Assembly (NCBI GenBank): GCA_040511595.1
Contig: JBEVGU010000038.1
Coordinates: forward strand, 23,903 to 87,902
Length of the DNA: 64,000 bases
Direction of reading: 5' to 3'
Origin: Actinomycetota bacterium
Lineage (GTDB): Bacteria; Actinomycetota; UBA4738; HRBIN12
This document shows positions 28,714 through 38,060 of this stretch, piece after piece. Under the pieces are notes generated by a model. That model ran no database searches and was not told where the DNA came from. It saw only the letters and a list, made by a program, of their open reading frames with translations. A program made the position numbers and the translations under genes. Each line of letters opens with the position of its first letter. Position 1 is the first letter of the stretch.

Positions 28714-28720
28714 GGAGGCG

Positions 28721-29086
28721 GTGACGGTGTCGGATGTCGAGACCCCGTTCGAGCAGGAGCTCGGCGCGCGAGACATGCCCGACCCCGGTGAGGCAGGGGC
28801 GCCGCATCACGAGCACCCGAGCCCCAAGGAGTACATCCGCATCGGTGTGATCCTCGCGGTCCTCACCGGCCTCGAGGTCGCCACGTACTACGTCGACGTC
28901 GGAGGCGTGCTCGTGCCCACCCTGCTCGGCTTGGCGGCCGTGAAGTTCGCGCTCGTCGTGATGTGGTTCATGCACCTCAGGTTCGACAGTCCCACGTACG
29001 CGCGGTTCTTCCTGATGGGTCTCGCGGGCGCGGCCACCCTGTATCTGGTCGTGCTGATCTCCTTCGGCATCTTCTTGGTGGACTGA
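28721..29086 (+). CDS. cytochrome c oxidase subunit IV (prokaryotic CtaF/CoxIV family)
   Basis: Small protein with three TM helices and family similarity to CoxIV. Confidence 0.7.
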   Translation: MTVSDVETPFEQELGARDMPDPGEAGAPHHEHPSPKEYIRIGVILAVLTGLEVATYYVDVGGVLVPTLLGLAAVKFALVVMWFMHLRFDSPTYARFFLMGLAGAATLYLVVLISFGIFLVD

Positions 29087-29092
29087 GCGACG

Positions 29093-29923
29093 ATGCAGCT
29101 CCCCGGCTGGCACGCGCATCCCGACGTCTGGCTGTTGTTCGGGTCGATCGTCGCGGCCTACCTGATCGCGACGCGCCGGCACCTGGCGGCCACGGGGGAG
29201 GCGACCCCGCGACGGAAGACCACGCTGTTCATCGCGGGCATCGGCGTGCTGTGGCTCGGCGCGGACTATCCCGTGCACGACCTCGCCGAGGGCTACCTGT
29301 ACCTCATGCACATGACGCAGCACCTGGTGTTCACGCTGGTGGCGGCACCGCTGCTGATCGCGGGCATGCCGGTATGGATGCTGCGGGCCCTGCTCGCCCC
29401 GGCCGCCGCGAGGCGCCTGTTCCGGTTCTTTACGCGTCCGGTGATCGCGTTGATCCTCTTCAACGGCGTGCTGCTGTTCACCCACTGGCCGCAGGTGGTC
29501 GAGGCATCGGTCGGTTCGGAGATGGTCCACTTCGCCCTGCACGTGCTGATCGTCGCCTCGGCGCTCGTGATGTGGTGGCCCGTGATGTCGCCGTTGCCCG
29601 AGCTGCCCTCGCTGTCGCCCCCCGGGCAGATGATCTACCTGTTCCTGCAATCCCTCGCGCCCACGATCCCGGCGTCGTTCCTGACGTTCGGCCACTCGCC
29701 GCTGTACCCGGTATACGCGACCTTCCCCCGCATCTGGGGCATCTCGGCGCTGACCGACCAGCTGATCGCGGGCCTCATCATGAAGCTCGCCGGCGGCCTG
29801 GTGCTCTGGGTCGTCATCGCGGTGATCTTCTTCCGCTGGTTCGCGCAGGAGCAGCGAGACGGACTCGATGCCTCGGCCTACCAGGACGTGCAGCGAGAGA
29901 TCGGCGCGGAGCTGGGCCGATGA
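29093..29923 (+). CDS. ctaG: caa3-type cytochrome oxidase assembly factor CtaG (Caa3_CtaG family)
   Basis: Polytopic membrane protein similar to Bacillus CtaG. Confidence 0.7.
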   Translation: MQLPGWHAHPDVWLLFGSIVAAYLIATRRHLAATGEATPRRKTTLFIAGIGVLWLGADYPVHDLAEGYLYLMHMTQHLVFTLVAAPLLIAGMPVWMLRALLAPAAARRLFRFFTRPVIALILFNGVLLFTHWPQVVEASVGSEMVHFALHVLIVASALVMWWPVMSPLPELPSLSPPGQMIYLFLQSLAPTIPASFLTFGHSPLYPVYATFPRIWGISALTDQLIAGLIMKLAGGLVLWVVIAVIFFRWFAQEQRDGLDASAYQDVQREIGAELGR

Positions 29924-29959
29924 GCTCACGGCGATGCGCAGGAAGGGAGCACGAGGCTG

Positions 29960-31264
29960 ATGCGTGAGGGCAAGAATCGGCAGAGCCTGCTGCTGCCGAT
30001 CCTGATCCCCCTGGCGGTGCTCGCCGTGATCGGGCTGGTGCTGGTTGGATTCTCCCGCGTGCTGCTCGCCGTCTCGCACACCGCGGCGACCGTCGTGGCC
30101 CTCGTGGCCGCCGCCGCGGTCGTGGCGGTTGGAGGGTACGTCGCATCGAGGCGACGCGTGAGCGGCGCCACGCTCTTCTCGATGGTGGCGGCGGTGACGG
30201 GCATCGCGATGCTCGCCGGTGGCCTGGCCGTCGTGGCCGCGCCGTTGGAGGAGGAGGGCGGGGGCGAGCCGGCGGAGGGGCCCGTGGTGACGCTCGCGGC
30301 TCCCGAGGGCGCCGCGGCCGACGGCTTCTCGACCGACGAGCTGTCCGCGCCCTCGGACGAGCCCTTCACGCTCGAGTTCGACAACGAGGATCCGTCGGTG
30401 GCCCACAACGTGGTGCTCTTCGACGGCCCGGACGCCGACGCACCGGCGCTCTTCACCGGCGGGCTGGTCACGGGGCCGAGCACCGCCAACTACTCGGTCG
30501 AGGCGGTGCCCGAGGGGAAGTACTTCTTCCACTGCGAGGTGCACCCGACGACCATGACGGGCACGATGACGGCCGCGCCGGGCGGCGGTGGCGGTGGCGG
30601 CGGCGGTGGCGGCGTCACGGTGGTCGCTGCCGACCTCGCCTTCGACACCGATACGATCGAGCTGGCGCCCGACGTCGAGAACACGATCACGTTCGACAAT
30701 CAGGACGCGGGCACGCCGCACAACATCGCGATCTACACCGATGACTCGCTCTCCGAGTCGCTGTTCGTGGGCGATCTCGTGACCGGTCCCGACACCATCG
30801 AGTACACGATCGCCCCCATCCCCCCCGGTGAGTACTACTTCCACTGCGACGTGCACCCCACCATGAGCGGGACGGTCGTCGTGGCCGCCGATGGCGGTGG
30901 CGGAGGGGGTGGTAGCGGCGGTGGCGGCGGCGAACCGTCGGATGAGCCGCCCGCCGACGGGGGTGGAGGCGGTGCTGGCACCGCGACGGCCTCGATCGGG
31001 GCCGAGGGCACGGCGTTCGACACATCCACCCTCAGCTGGCCCGCCGACTCCGACGTGACGCTCTCGTTCGACAATCGCGATCCCGTCGACGTGGCCGGGC
31101 CGCACAACGTGGCGGTCTACGACGGCGAAGCGGCGCTGTTCACCGGCGAGCTGGTCGAGGGGCCGGCCACCGTCGACTACGTGGTCCCGCCCATGCCGGC
31201 GGGGAGCTACGAGTTCCGATGCGACGTGCATCCGACGATGGCCGGGACGGTCGAGGTCACCTGA
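29960..31264 (+). CDS. membrane-anchored protein with three tandem type-1-copper cupredoxin domains joined by poly-Gly linkers
   Basis: Three N-terminal TM helices. The motif HN...(43-44 aa)...C-x2-H-x3-M occurs three times (AHNVV/HCEVHPTTM; PHNIA/HCDVHPTM; PHNVA/RCDVHPTM). Confidence 0.8.
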   Translation: MREGKNRQSLLLPILIPLAVLAVIGLVLVGFSRVLLAVSHTAATVVALVAAAAVVAVGGYVASRRRVSGATLFSMVAAVTGIAMLAGGLAVVAAPLEEEGGGEPAEGPVVTLAAPEGAAADGFSTDELSAPSDEPFTLEFDNEDPSVAHNVVLFDGPDADAPALFTGGLVTGPSTANYSVEAVPEGKYFFHCEVHPTTMTGTMTAAPGGGGGGGGGGGVTVVAADLAFDTDTIELAPDVENTITFDNQDAGTPHNIAIYTDDSLSESLFVGDLVTGPDTIEYTIAPIPPGEYYFHCDVHPTMSGTVVVAADGGGGGGGSGGGGGEPSDEPPADGGGGGAGTATASIGAEGTAFDTSTLSWPADSDVTLSFDNRDPVDVAGPHNVAVYDGEAALFTGELVEGPATVDYVVPPMPAGSYEFRCDVHPTMAGTVEVT

Positions 31265-31272
31265 CGACGTCC

Positions 31273-31872
31273 GTGGACGAGCCCACAGCCCGCCAGGAAG
31301 ACCGGGTCGGCAGGCGCGAGGGCCGCCGCACGTGGGGGATCGTCGCGTCGATCGCGTCGATCGTCGTCGTCGTCGGGATCCTCGCCTATGCCCTTCGCCC
31401 GACGACCGATCCGCGGGTGGAAGGAGGCGTCGCGGAGCTGGACGATCCGTTGCCGCGCCTGCAGGGGGAGGGGGTCGCCGGCGCCGCCGTCGACACCGAT
31501 GCGATGGAGTGGTCGGCGCTGGTGGTGAACGTCTGGGCGACCTGGTGCGAGCCCTGCCGTCGCGAGCAGCCCGCGTTGCGGCAGGTGCGATCCGACTTCG
31601 AGGCTCGCGACGTCGAGTTCCTCGGCGTCGACTATCGCGACGACCGGGCGGCGGCGATGCGGTGGATCGAGGACTTCGACGTGTCGTATCCGAGCCTGCA
31701 CGACCCGGACGGGCGGACCGCCGCGCTGCTGGGCTTCCCGTTCCTGCCCGACACGTACGTCGTCGACGCCTCCGGCACGATGCGCTACGCGATCTACGGC
31801 GAGACGAACGCTGAGGAGCTCTCGGGGCTGATCGAGGAGGTGCTGGCGGAGCAGGACGCCGCCGAGGCCTAG
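31273..31872 (+). CDS. thiol-disulfide oxidoreductase ResA/TlpA-like
   Basis: TM anchor plus WATWCEPC thioredoxin motif. The start codon is uncertain (GTG at 31273 or upstream). Confidence 0.75.
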   Translation: MDEPTARQEDRVGRREGRRTWGIVASIASIVVVVGILAYALRPTTDPRVEGGVAELDDPLPRLQGEGVAGAAVDTDAMEWSALVVNVWATWCEPCRREQPALRQVRSDFEARDVEFLGVDYRDDRAAAMRWIEDFDVSYPSLHDPDGRTAALLGFPFLPDTYVVDASGTMRYAIYGETNAEELSGLIEEVLAEQDAAEA

Positions 31873-33692
31873 ACGACGGCGTCGAGCGCGACCGCGCCGA
31901 ACAGGGCCGCGAGGTAGACGATGGAGTACGTGAACAGCCGCCACGACCGGTTCGCGTCGGCGTGGCGCCACAGCGCCAGCGCCCGGTAGACGAACAGCCC
32001 GCCGAGCGTGACCGCCGTGATGGTGTAGATCGGCCCGAGGCCGGCGGCCGGGACGAGGAGCAGCGTCGTGCCGAACAGCGCGAGTGAGTACACGAAGATC
32101 TGTCGCCGCGTCTCGTCGTCGCCCTTGACCACGGGCAGCATCGGCACGCCTGCCGCCGCGTAGTCGCCGCTGAACCGGAGCGAGAGCGCCCAGAAGTGCG
32201 GCGGCGTCCAGACGAAAACGATCGCGAACAGGATCCAGGCTGGCAGGGCGAGCGAACCGGTCACCGCGGCCCATCCGATCAGCGCCGGCGCGGCGCCGGC
32301 CGCTCCGCCGATCACGATGTTCTGCGTAGTCGAGCGCTTCAGCCACATCGTGTAGACGACCACGTAGAAGGCGATCGCCGCGAGCGAGAGGGTTGCCGCC
32401 AGAACGTTCACGGTCATCGCCAGGAACAAGAAGGAGAACGCACCGAGCCAGAACCCGAAGGCGAGCGCGCGTTCGGGCGTGACCTGGTCGGCGGGGAGCG
32501 GGCGGCCACGGGTGCGGCGCATCACCTCGTCGATGTCGCGGTCGAGGTACATGTTGATCGCGTTCGCCCCGCCCGCGGCGAGCGAGCCGCCGACCAGGGT
32601 CGCGAGCACGAGCCAGGGCGACGGCACGGCGCCCTCGGCGAGCATCATCGCGGGAACGGTCGTGATGAGCAGCAGCACGATGATGCGTGGCTTCGTGAGC
32701 CGGTAGTAGGCAGTGATCGTGTCGGACAGCGGCGTGGGGGCGGCGATCTCCGCCGCTCGTTCCCGGGGTTCCGCGAGAGCGTCGTCACCGCCGAGACTCG
32801 GCTCGCGCCGGGCGACCACGGCGAGGGCGACGACGGTGGCCCAGATGACGGCCGACGCGGCCACGTGCAGCGCTCGGGGCCAGGTCGAGAGCTCCGTGGC
32901 CACGTTGATGCCGCCGATCGCGACTTGCGCCACGAACAGCCCGCCGGCCAACGTCGAGAGGTGGACGAGCCTGGTCGAGCGCACGGGCATCGTTCGCGCG
33001 CGAACGACGAGCCAGAGCACCAGCGCGGCCACCGCGATCGCGAGCACGCGGTGGGCGAACATCTCGGCCGCTCCCTGTGGGCCGAACGACGGGATGAGCC
33101 GCCCGCCCATCAACGGCCAGTCCCGGAAGGCGAGCCCCGCCCCCTCGGCGCGCACGTACGTCCCGACGAGCAGCAGGCCGAACGTCGCGACGGCCGTGAG
33201 CATCGCGAGCCTCGCGTAGGCCCGGTCGCCGGCGCGCCGGTCCCCCTCGAACGCCAGCGCGGTGGCGGCGACCAGCACGCCGAGCACGATCATCGCGAGT
33301 CCGAAATGCAGGGTGACCACGGCGGGGTCGAGGGCGCTGTTCACGACCGCGCCGCCGAGCGCTCCCTGTACTCCGAACAACGGCACCAGCGCCACGGCGA
33401 GCCAGACGGCCGAGCGCGGCGTGGCGCTCGGGTGCCCACGTCGGGCGCGCACCAGCTCCACGACCCCGGCCACGGCCAGCATCACCGCGAGCAGCCCCGA
33501 GACGACGCCGAGCGCTCGGTGCGTGTACTCGATCAGCGTGTGGTACTCCCACCTCGGCACCCAGCTGCCGAAGCACCTCGGCCAGTCCGGGCACCCGTCG
33601 CCCGACCCGGTGGCGCGCACCAGTCCGCCCCATGCGACCAGCACCACGGTCGAGACCGTGGTGGCGACGGCCAGTCTCTGGAAGCGGGTCAT
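31869..33692 (-). CDS. ctaAB: fused heme A synthase (CtaA/COX15) and protoheme IX farnesyltransferase (CtaB/heme O synthase)
   Basis: The N-terminal half has the CtaA motifs GCPDWPRC and EYTHR. The C-terminal half has the UbiA motifs YYRLTKPRI and NMYLDRDID. Confidence 0.85.
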   Translation of the reverse strand: MTRFQRLAVATTVSTVVLVAWGGLVRATGSGDGCPDWPRCFGSWVPRWEYHTLIEYTHRALGVVSGLLAVMLAVAGVVELVRARRGHPSATPRSAVWLAVALVPLFGVQGALGGAVVNSALDPAVVTLHFGLAMIVLGVLVAATALAFEGDRRAGDRAYARLAMLTAVATFGLLLVGTYVRAEGAGLAFRDWPLMGGRLIPSFGPQGAAEMFAHRVLAIAVAALVLWLVVRARTMPVRSTRLVHLSTLAGGLFVAQVAIGGINVATELSTWPRALHVAASAVIWATVVALAVVARREPSLGGDDALAEPRERAAEIAAPTPLSDTITAYYRLTKPRIIVLLLITTVPAMMLAEGAVPSPWLVLATLVGGSLAAGGANAINMYLDRDIDEVMRRTRGRPLPADQVTPERALAFGFWLGAFSFLFLAMTVNVLAATLSLAAIAFYVVVYTMWLKRSTTQNIVIGGAAGAAPALIGWAAVTGSLALPAWILFAIVFVWTPPHFWALSLRFSGDYAAAGVPMLPVVKGDDETRRQIFVYSLALFGTTLLLVPAAGLGPIYTITAVTLGGLFVYRALALWRHADANRSWRLFTYSIVYLAALFGAVALDAVV

Positions 33693-33796
33693 CGTGGGTT
33701 CCTCACCGTGCCTCGGGGGTTGGCTCACCGCGACGGCCACGCGGCGCCCACATGATAGTGCGGGGGTCGCCCGGCGAGCTGCGAGATACTCCGCAC

Positions 33797-34696
33797 ATGA
33801 CCATGGAGCCCGCCCTGTCGATCCCCACGCTCGACATCGTTCGCGAGGCCGTCGACCCCGCCGTGCGCCGCGCGCTCGAGGAAGCGGCGTCCGATCTCAC
33901 CACCGTGGATCCACGGGCGGGGCTCGTGGTGGAAGAGATCGCTCGCCTCGTGGACGCCGGTGGGAAGCGGGTCCGCCCGGCGTTCTGCGTGTGGGGGTTC
34001 CGGGCCGGGGGCGGCGATGCGGGTCCTGCCGAGGGGATCCGAGGGCCGATCGTCCGGGTCGCCGCCGCGCTCGAGCTCCTGCACACGATGGCGCTGATCC
34101 ACGACGACCTCATGGACGAGGCGTCCGAGCGCCGGGGCGTAGCTGCGACGGCTTCCCACCTGTCGGCGGAGGCCGTGCGCCGCGGCCTCGCGGTCGACGC
34201 CGCACGCTTCGGACGCTCGGGCGCGATCCTCGCCGGCGACCTCGCCGCGGTGCTGGCCGATCGGCTGATGGTGAGCAGCGGATTCCGCTCCGAGGTCCTC
34301 GTCCGAGCCCTGGTCCGCTACCACGAGATGCGCATCGACATGGCCGCCGGCCAGATGCTCGACGTGGCCGGACTCGCCGAGCAACCGAGCTCGGCCCTCG
34401 CCGCCGCTCGGCTGAAGGGCGGCAGCTATTCCGTGGAAGGCCCCCTGCTCATCGGCGCGACGCTCGCCGACGCCGAGCCCGCTGTGATCGATGCGCTCAG
34501 CGCGTTCGGTGCCCCGCTGGGGGAGGCATTCCAATTGCGGGACGACTTGCGCGATCGCGACGGCGCGCACGGAGCCACGCCCGAGACCGTGAACCACCTC
34601 GTGGCGCGGGCGCGCGCCGCGCTGCGCCCTGCGCCGATCGCTTCGGAGTCGGCGGGCGCGCTCGACGAGCTGGCCAGCTCGGTGGCGGTTCGGTGA
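33797..34696 (+). CDS. polyprenyl diphosphate synthase (GGPP-synthase-like)
   Basis: First aspartate-rich motif LIHDDLMD. Second motif region RDDLRD. Confidence 0.75.
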   Translation: MTMEPALSIPTLDIVREAVDPAVRRALEEAASDLTTVDPRAGLVVEEIARLVDAGGKRVRPAFCVWGFRAGGGDAGPAEGIRGPIVRVAAALELLHTMALIHDDLMDEASERRGVAATASHLSAEAVRRGLAVDAARFGRSGAILAGDLAAVLADRLMVSSGFRSEVLVRALVRYHEMRIDMAAGQMLDVAGLAEQPSSALAAARLKGGSYSVEGPLLIGATLADAEPAVIDALSAFGAPLGEAFQLRDDLRDRDGAHGATPETVNHLVARARAALRPAPIASESAGALDELASSVAVR

Positions 34697-35118
34697 GCGA
34701 CGATCTCGAGGGCCTGCGGCGGTCGTTCGGCGACGTGCCGGCGTGTCGGATCGCCACGGTGCGCCTCGACGGGGGGCCCTACGTGGCTCCGCGGTGGTTC
34801 GTCTGGCGCGACGATGGCCTCTGGGTCGCCACGAGGGTCGGCGACGCCACCTGGGAGCACACGCAGCGCGACGGTCGGGTCTCGGTGCTGATCGATCGAG
34901 GACGCGACTGGAGCGAGCTCGCGGGCGTACGGATCGAAGGCGTCGCCGAGACCTACCCCGCGGAGCATCCGGATCTGCGCGGACCCATGTCGAGCTGGCA
35001 CGAGAAGTACCGCACGATGTTCGCCGGAGACGGCTTCGAGTCGTTCACCCGCGACGTGATCGCTCTCGGGTTCCTTCGGGTCGTTCCCTCGCGCGTCGAC
35101 GCCTGGAGCCACCGCTGA
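34693..35118 (+). CDS. pyridoxamine-5'-phosphate-oxidase-fold (PPOX/F420-dependent family) protein
   Basis: GTGA overlap with the upstream gene. Split-barrel fold similarity. Confidence 0.6.
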   Translation: MSDDLEGLRRSFGDVPACRIATVRLDGGPYVAPRWFVWRDDGLWVATRVGDATWEHTQRDGRVSVLIDRGRDWSELAGVRIEGVAETYPAEHPDLRGPMSSWHEKYRTMFAGDGFESFTRDVIALGFLRVVPSRVDAWSHR

Positions 35119-35229
35119 CACGTGTGCCGCCGGCCGAAGGAACGGCTCCGCCCACGTGCGTTGCCCGTCGTCGCGAGGGCGGGGTAGCGTGGCCGGTGCG
35201 CATCGGGACGACGTGCGGTAGCCTGAGCT

Positions 35230-35247
35230 TTGTGAAGGTTTTCACAA
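35230..35247. promoter_or_regulatory. Rex operator TTGTGAAGGTTTTCACAA
   Basis: Perfect 7-4-7 inverted repeat matching the actinobacterial Rex box. It sits ~80 bp upstream of the reductase gene that leads into the nuo operon. Confidence 0.7.
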
Positions 35248-35326
35248 GCCTCTCCCGACCTGTCGGTCAGATGGGGCCGGCGGATCGGAGCGGCGATCGT
35301 GTCCTCACCGCCTGGAGGGGATCGGC

Positions 35327-36577
35327 GTGAACGGACAGCCAGTGCAGACCGACGTGCTCGTGGTCGGAGGCGGACCGGGCGGCGCCGCGGCCGCCTATCA
35401 CCTGGCTCGGCACGGCCTCGACGTCACGGTCGTCGATCGCTCGACGTTCCCTCGGGAGAAGGTCTGCGGCGACGGGCTCACCCCTCGCAGCGTCGCCGCC
35501 CTGGTGCGCATGGGGATCGACACCGACGACCCGGGCTTCCAGCGCGTGCAGGGCCTGCGCGTGTATTCGCGCTACGCCACGATCGAGCTCCCCTGGCCGG
35601 AGCTCTCGAGCTGGCCCGACTACGGCCTCGTGATGCCGCGAGCGAGGTTCGACCACCTGTTGATCGAGCGGGCCCAGAAGGCCGGCGCGCGGCTGCTCGA
35701 GCGGACCGAGGCGGTGGAGCCGCTCCTCGACGGCGTGTGGGTGACGGGGGCCAGCGTTCGGCCGGCAGGGGATCGCGAGGCGGAGCCGACCCAGATCGTC
35801 GCTCGGTTCACGATCGCCGCCGACGGCGCCGCCAGCCGGTTCGCGACGCCGGCCGGTGTGCGCCGCGACGACTCCCGCCCGCTCGGCATCGCCGCACGCC
35901 GGTACTACCGCGTGCCCTACCATCCCGGTCCGTGGTTCGAGTCGTGGCTCGACCTGTGGGAAGGCGACCTGTTGCTGCCGGGGTACGGCTGGCTCTTCCC
36001 CATGGTGGGGGGCCGTATCAACCTCGGGGCGGGTCTGCTCAACACGTTCAAGGACTTCAAGCAGATCTCCGCCCAGCGCCTGTTCGACGCGTTCGCGACG
36101 ATGCTGCCCGAGGACTGGGGCATCGGCGAGGAGGCGGCGGAGGGACGGGTGCTCTCTGGGCCCTTGCCGATGGGCCTGAACCGCGTGCCCGAGGTCGTGC
36201 CGGGCATGCTGTTGATCGGCGACGCGGCCGGGGCCGTGAACCCGTTCAACGGCGAGGGCATCGCCTACGCGATGGAGACCGCGGAGGTCGCCTCCGAGCT
36301 CGTCCACGAGGCGCTCGTGCGGGACCGTCCGGGCATCGCGATGATGTACCCAACCGTGTTACGAGAGCGATACGGCGAGTACTTCTCGATCGGCCGGGGC
36401 TTCGCGAAGCTGATCGGACGCCCGGCGATCATGGGGCGAGCCACGAAGTACATGCTCCCGAATCGACGCGTGATGAGCTTCGCGATGCGCGTGATGGCCA
36501 ACCTCACCGATGGGCCCGAGGGTGACCGACAGGACCGGCTCTTCCATCTGATGCAACGGATCGCGAGCGCGTCGTGA
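35327..36577 (+). CDS. FAD-dependent geranylgeranyl reductase family protein (MenJ-like isoprenoid quinone side-chain reductase)
   Basis: Contains VLVVGGGPGGAAAAY and the GDAAG motif. Similar to the geranylgeranyl reductase / MenJ family. Confidence 0.8.
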   Translation: MNGQPVQTDVLVVGGGPGGAAAAYHLARHGLDVTVVDRSTFPREKVCGDGLTPRSVAALVRMGIDTDDPGFQRVQGLRVYSRYATIELPWPELSSWPDYGLVMPRARFDHLLIERAQKAGARLLERTEAVEPLLDGVWVTGASVRPAGDREAEPTQIVARFTIAADGAASRFATPAGVRRDDSRPLGIAARRYYRVPYHPGPWFESWLDLWEGDLLLPGYGWLFPMVGGRINLGAGLLNTFKDFKQISAQRLFDAFATMLPEDWGIGEEAAEGRVLSGPLPMGLNRVPEVVPGMLLIGDAAGAVNPFNGEGIAYAMETAEVASELVHEALVRDRPGIAMMYPTVLRERYGEYFSIGRGFAKLIGRPAIMGRATKYMLPNRRVMSFAMRVMANLTDGPEGDRQDRLFHLMQRIASAS

Positions 36578-36593
36578 CCGTTAGGATCCGCGC

Positions 36594-37049
36594 GTGTTGA
36601 TCGACTACCTGCCGATCGTCGCGATGGCCGGGCTGGCGGTCGCGTTCGGGGTGGCATCGCTGGTGGTCTCCCGCGCGTTCCGTCCCAACCGGCCCTATCC
36701 CGTGAAGCTGTCGGCCTACGAGTCCGGCAACGACCCCGTGCGGCTGCCGAAGGGCGAGAAGTTCAGCGTCAAGTTCTACGTCGTCGCGATGCTGTTCATC
36801 ATCTTCGACATCGAGGCCATCTTCCTCTTCCCGTGGGCGGTGCACTTCCGTCAGCTCGGGTTGTTCGGCCTGGTCGAGATGGGCATCTTCATCGCGCTCG
36901 TGTTCGTGGCCTATGTCTACGTCTGGCGCTCAGGGGGGTTCGACTGGGTCGAGGCCGCCGAGACGCCGCTCGAGCCCGACACGGAGACGGCGGCCGGGGG
37001 CGACGGGTCTGGTGCGGCGCGCGAAGCGGAGGTGGCCGGTGCCCGTTGA
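36594..37049 (+). CDS. nuoA: NADH-quinone oxidoreductase subunit A
   Basis: NuoA family similarity. GTG start. Carries a C-terminal acidic extension. Confidence 0.9.
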   Translation: MLIDYLPIVAMAGLAVAFGVASLVVSRAFRPNRPYPVKLSAYESGNDPVRLPKGEKFSVKFYVVAMLFIIFDIEAIFLFPWAVHFRQLGLFGLVEMGIFIALVFVAYVYVWRSGGFDWVEAAETPLEPDTETAAGGDGSGAAREAEVAGAR

Positions 37050-37557
37050 GCGGCTCGAGGGAGCGCGCCTCGGCAAGACGCCCGAGGAGGTCGAGGAAGA
37101 GGTGCGGCGCGGCGTGCTGCTGACCACGCTCGACCGGGCCGTGGGGTGGGCCAGGAAGCAGTCGATGTGGCCGGCCACGTTCGGGCTCGCGTGCTGCGCG
37201 ATCGAGATGATGTCCGCCGGCGCGGGCAAGTACGACCTCTCACGGTGGGGCATGGAGCTGTTCCGGGCGTCGCCCCGTCAGGCCGACCTGATGATCGTGG
37301 CCGGTCGTGTCAGCCAGAAGATGGCTCCCGTGCTGCGGCGCGTCTACGACCAGATGCCCGAGCCCCGATGGGTCATATCCATGGGCGTGTGTGCGAGCGC
37401 CGGAGGCATGTTCACGAACTACGCGATCGTGCAGGGCGTCGACACGATCGTGCCGGTCGACATCTACGTCCCCGGGTGCCCGCCCAAGCCCGAGATGCTG
37501 TTGCACGGCATCCTCAAGCTGCACGAGAAGGTCCGGACCACGGAGCCGTTCAAGTGA
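37039..37557 (+). CDS. nuoB: NADH-quinone oxidoreductase subunit B
   Basis: CCAIE and PGCPP N2-cluster ligands. GTG start after GGAGG. Confidence 0.9.
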   Translation: MPVERLEGARLGKTPEEVEEEVRRGVLLTTLDRAVGWARKQSMWPATFGLACCAIEMMSAGAGKYDLSRWGMELFRASPRQADLMIVAGRVSQKMAPVLRRVYDQMPEPRWVISMGVCASAGGMFTNYAIVQGVDTIVPVDIYVPGCPPKPEMLLHGILKLHEKVRTTEPFK

Positions 37558-38051
37558 AGCCCGACGACGTCGCCGCTCGCGTTCGAACTCGTTGCCCCGA
37601 CACCGTGGTGGCCCGCGACGAGGTCACGACCGTTGTCGGCCGTGACGACCTGCTCGAGACCCTCCGGTGGCTCCGCGACGACCCGAAGCTCTCCCTCTCG
37701 TTCTGCTCGAGCGTGACGGCCACCGACTGGCCCGGTTCCGATCCGCGTCTGTGGGTCGCCTACGAGCTGCGCGCGGTCGACTTCGCGCAGCGGCTGCGCG
37801 TGAAGGTCGGGTTGGCCGAGGGCGATCCGCACGTGCCGACGATCACCACGCTCTACCCGACCGCGAACTGGCACGAGCGGGAGACGCACGACTTCTACGG
37901 CATCGTCTTCGACGGCCATCCCAACCCGCGTCCCCTCATGCTGCCCGAGGGGTGGGAAGGCTTCCCGCTGCTCAAGACGGAGGAGCTCGGCGGCGTGAAC
38001 ACCCGGTTCCACGGCGCGTTCATCCCGCCGGTCGACACGCGGACCACCTGA
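37554..38051 (+). CDS. nuoC: NADH-quinone oxidoreductase subunit C
   Basis: [12 protein letters not shown] motif. GTGA overlap with nuoB. Confidence 0.9.
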   Translation: MKPDDVAARVRTRCPDTVVARDEVTTVVGRDDLLETLRWLRDDPKLSLSFCSSVTATDWPGSDPRLWVAYELRAVDFAQRLRVKVGLAEGDPHVPTITTLYPTANWHERETHDFYGIVFDGHPNPRPLMLPEGWEGFPLLKTEELGGVNTRFHGAFIPPVDTRTT

Positions 38052-38060
38052 GGCTAGCCG

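Noticed and set aside
30581-30932. GGCGGTGGCGGC-type repeats as a possible CRISPR or minisatellite array
   Set aside because: They are in-frame Gly codons forming the protein linkers between cupredoxin domains. There is no repeat-spacer periodicity.
28667-31231. 854-aa minus-strand ORF
   Set aside because: It is antisense to ctaF, ctaG and the cupredoxin gene. Composition is low-complexity (R/G/H/D-rich). The plus-strand genes have clear family motifs.
33262-35118. 618-aa plus-strand ORF as one protein
   Set aside because: The first ~475 codons are an antisense or alternate-frame shadow over ctaAB and the prenyl synthase. Only the last 141 codons (34693-35118), with a coupled GTG start, look like a real PPOX-fold gene.
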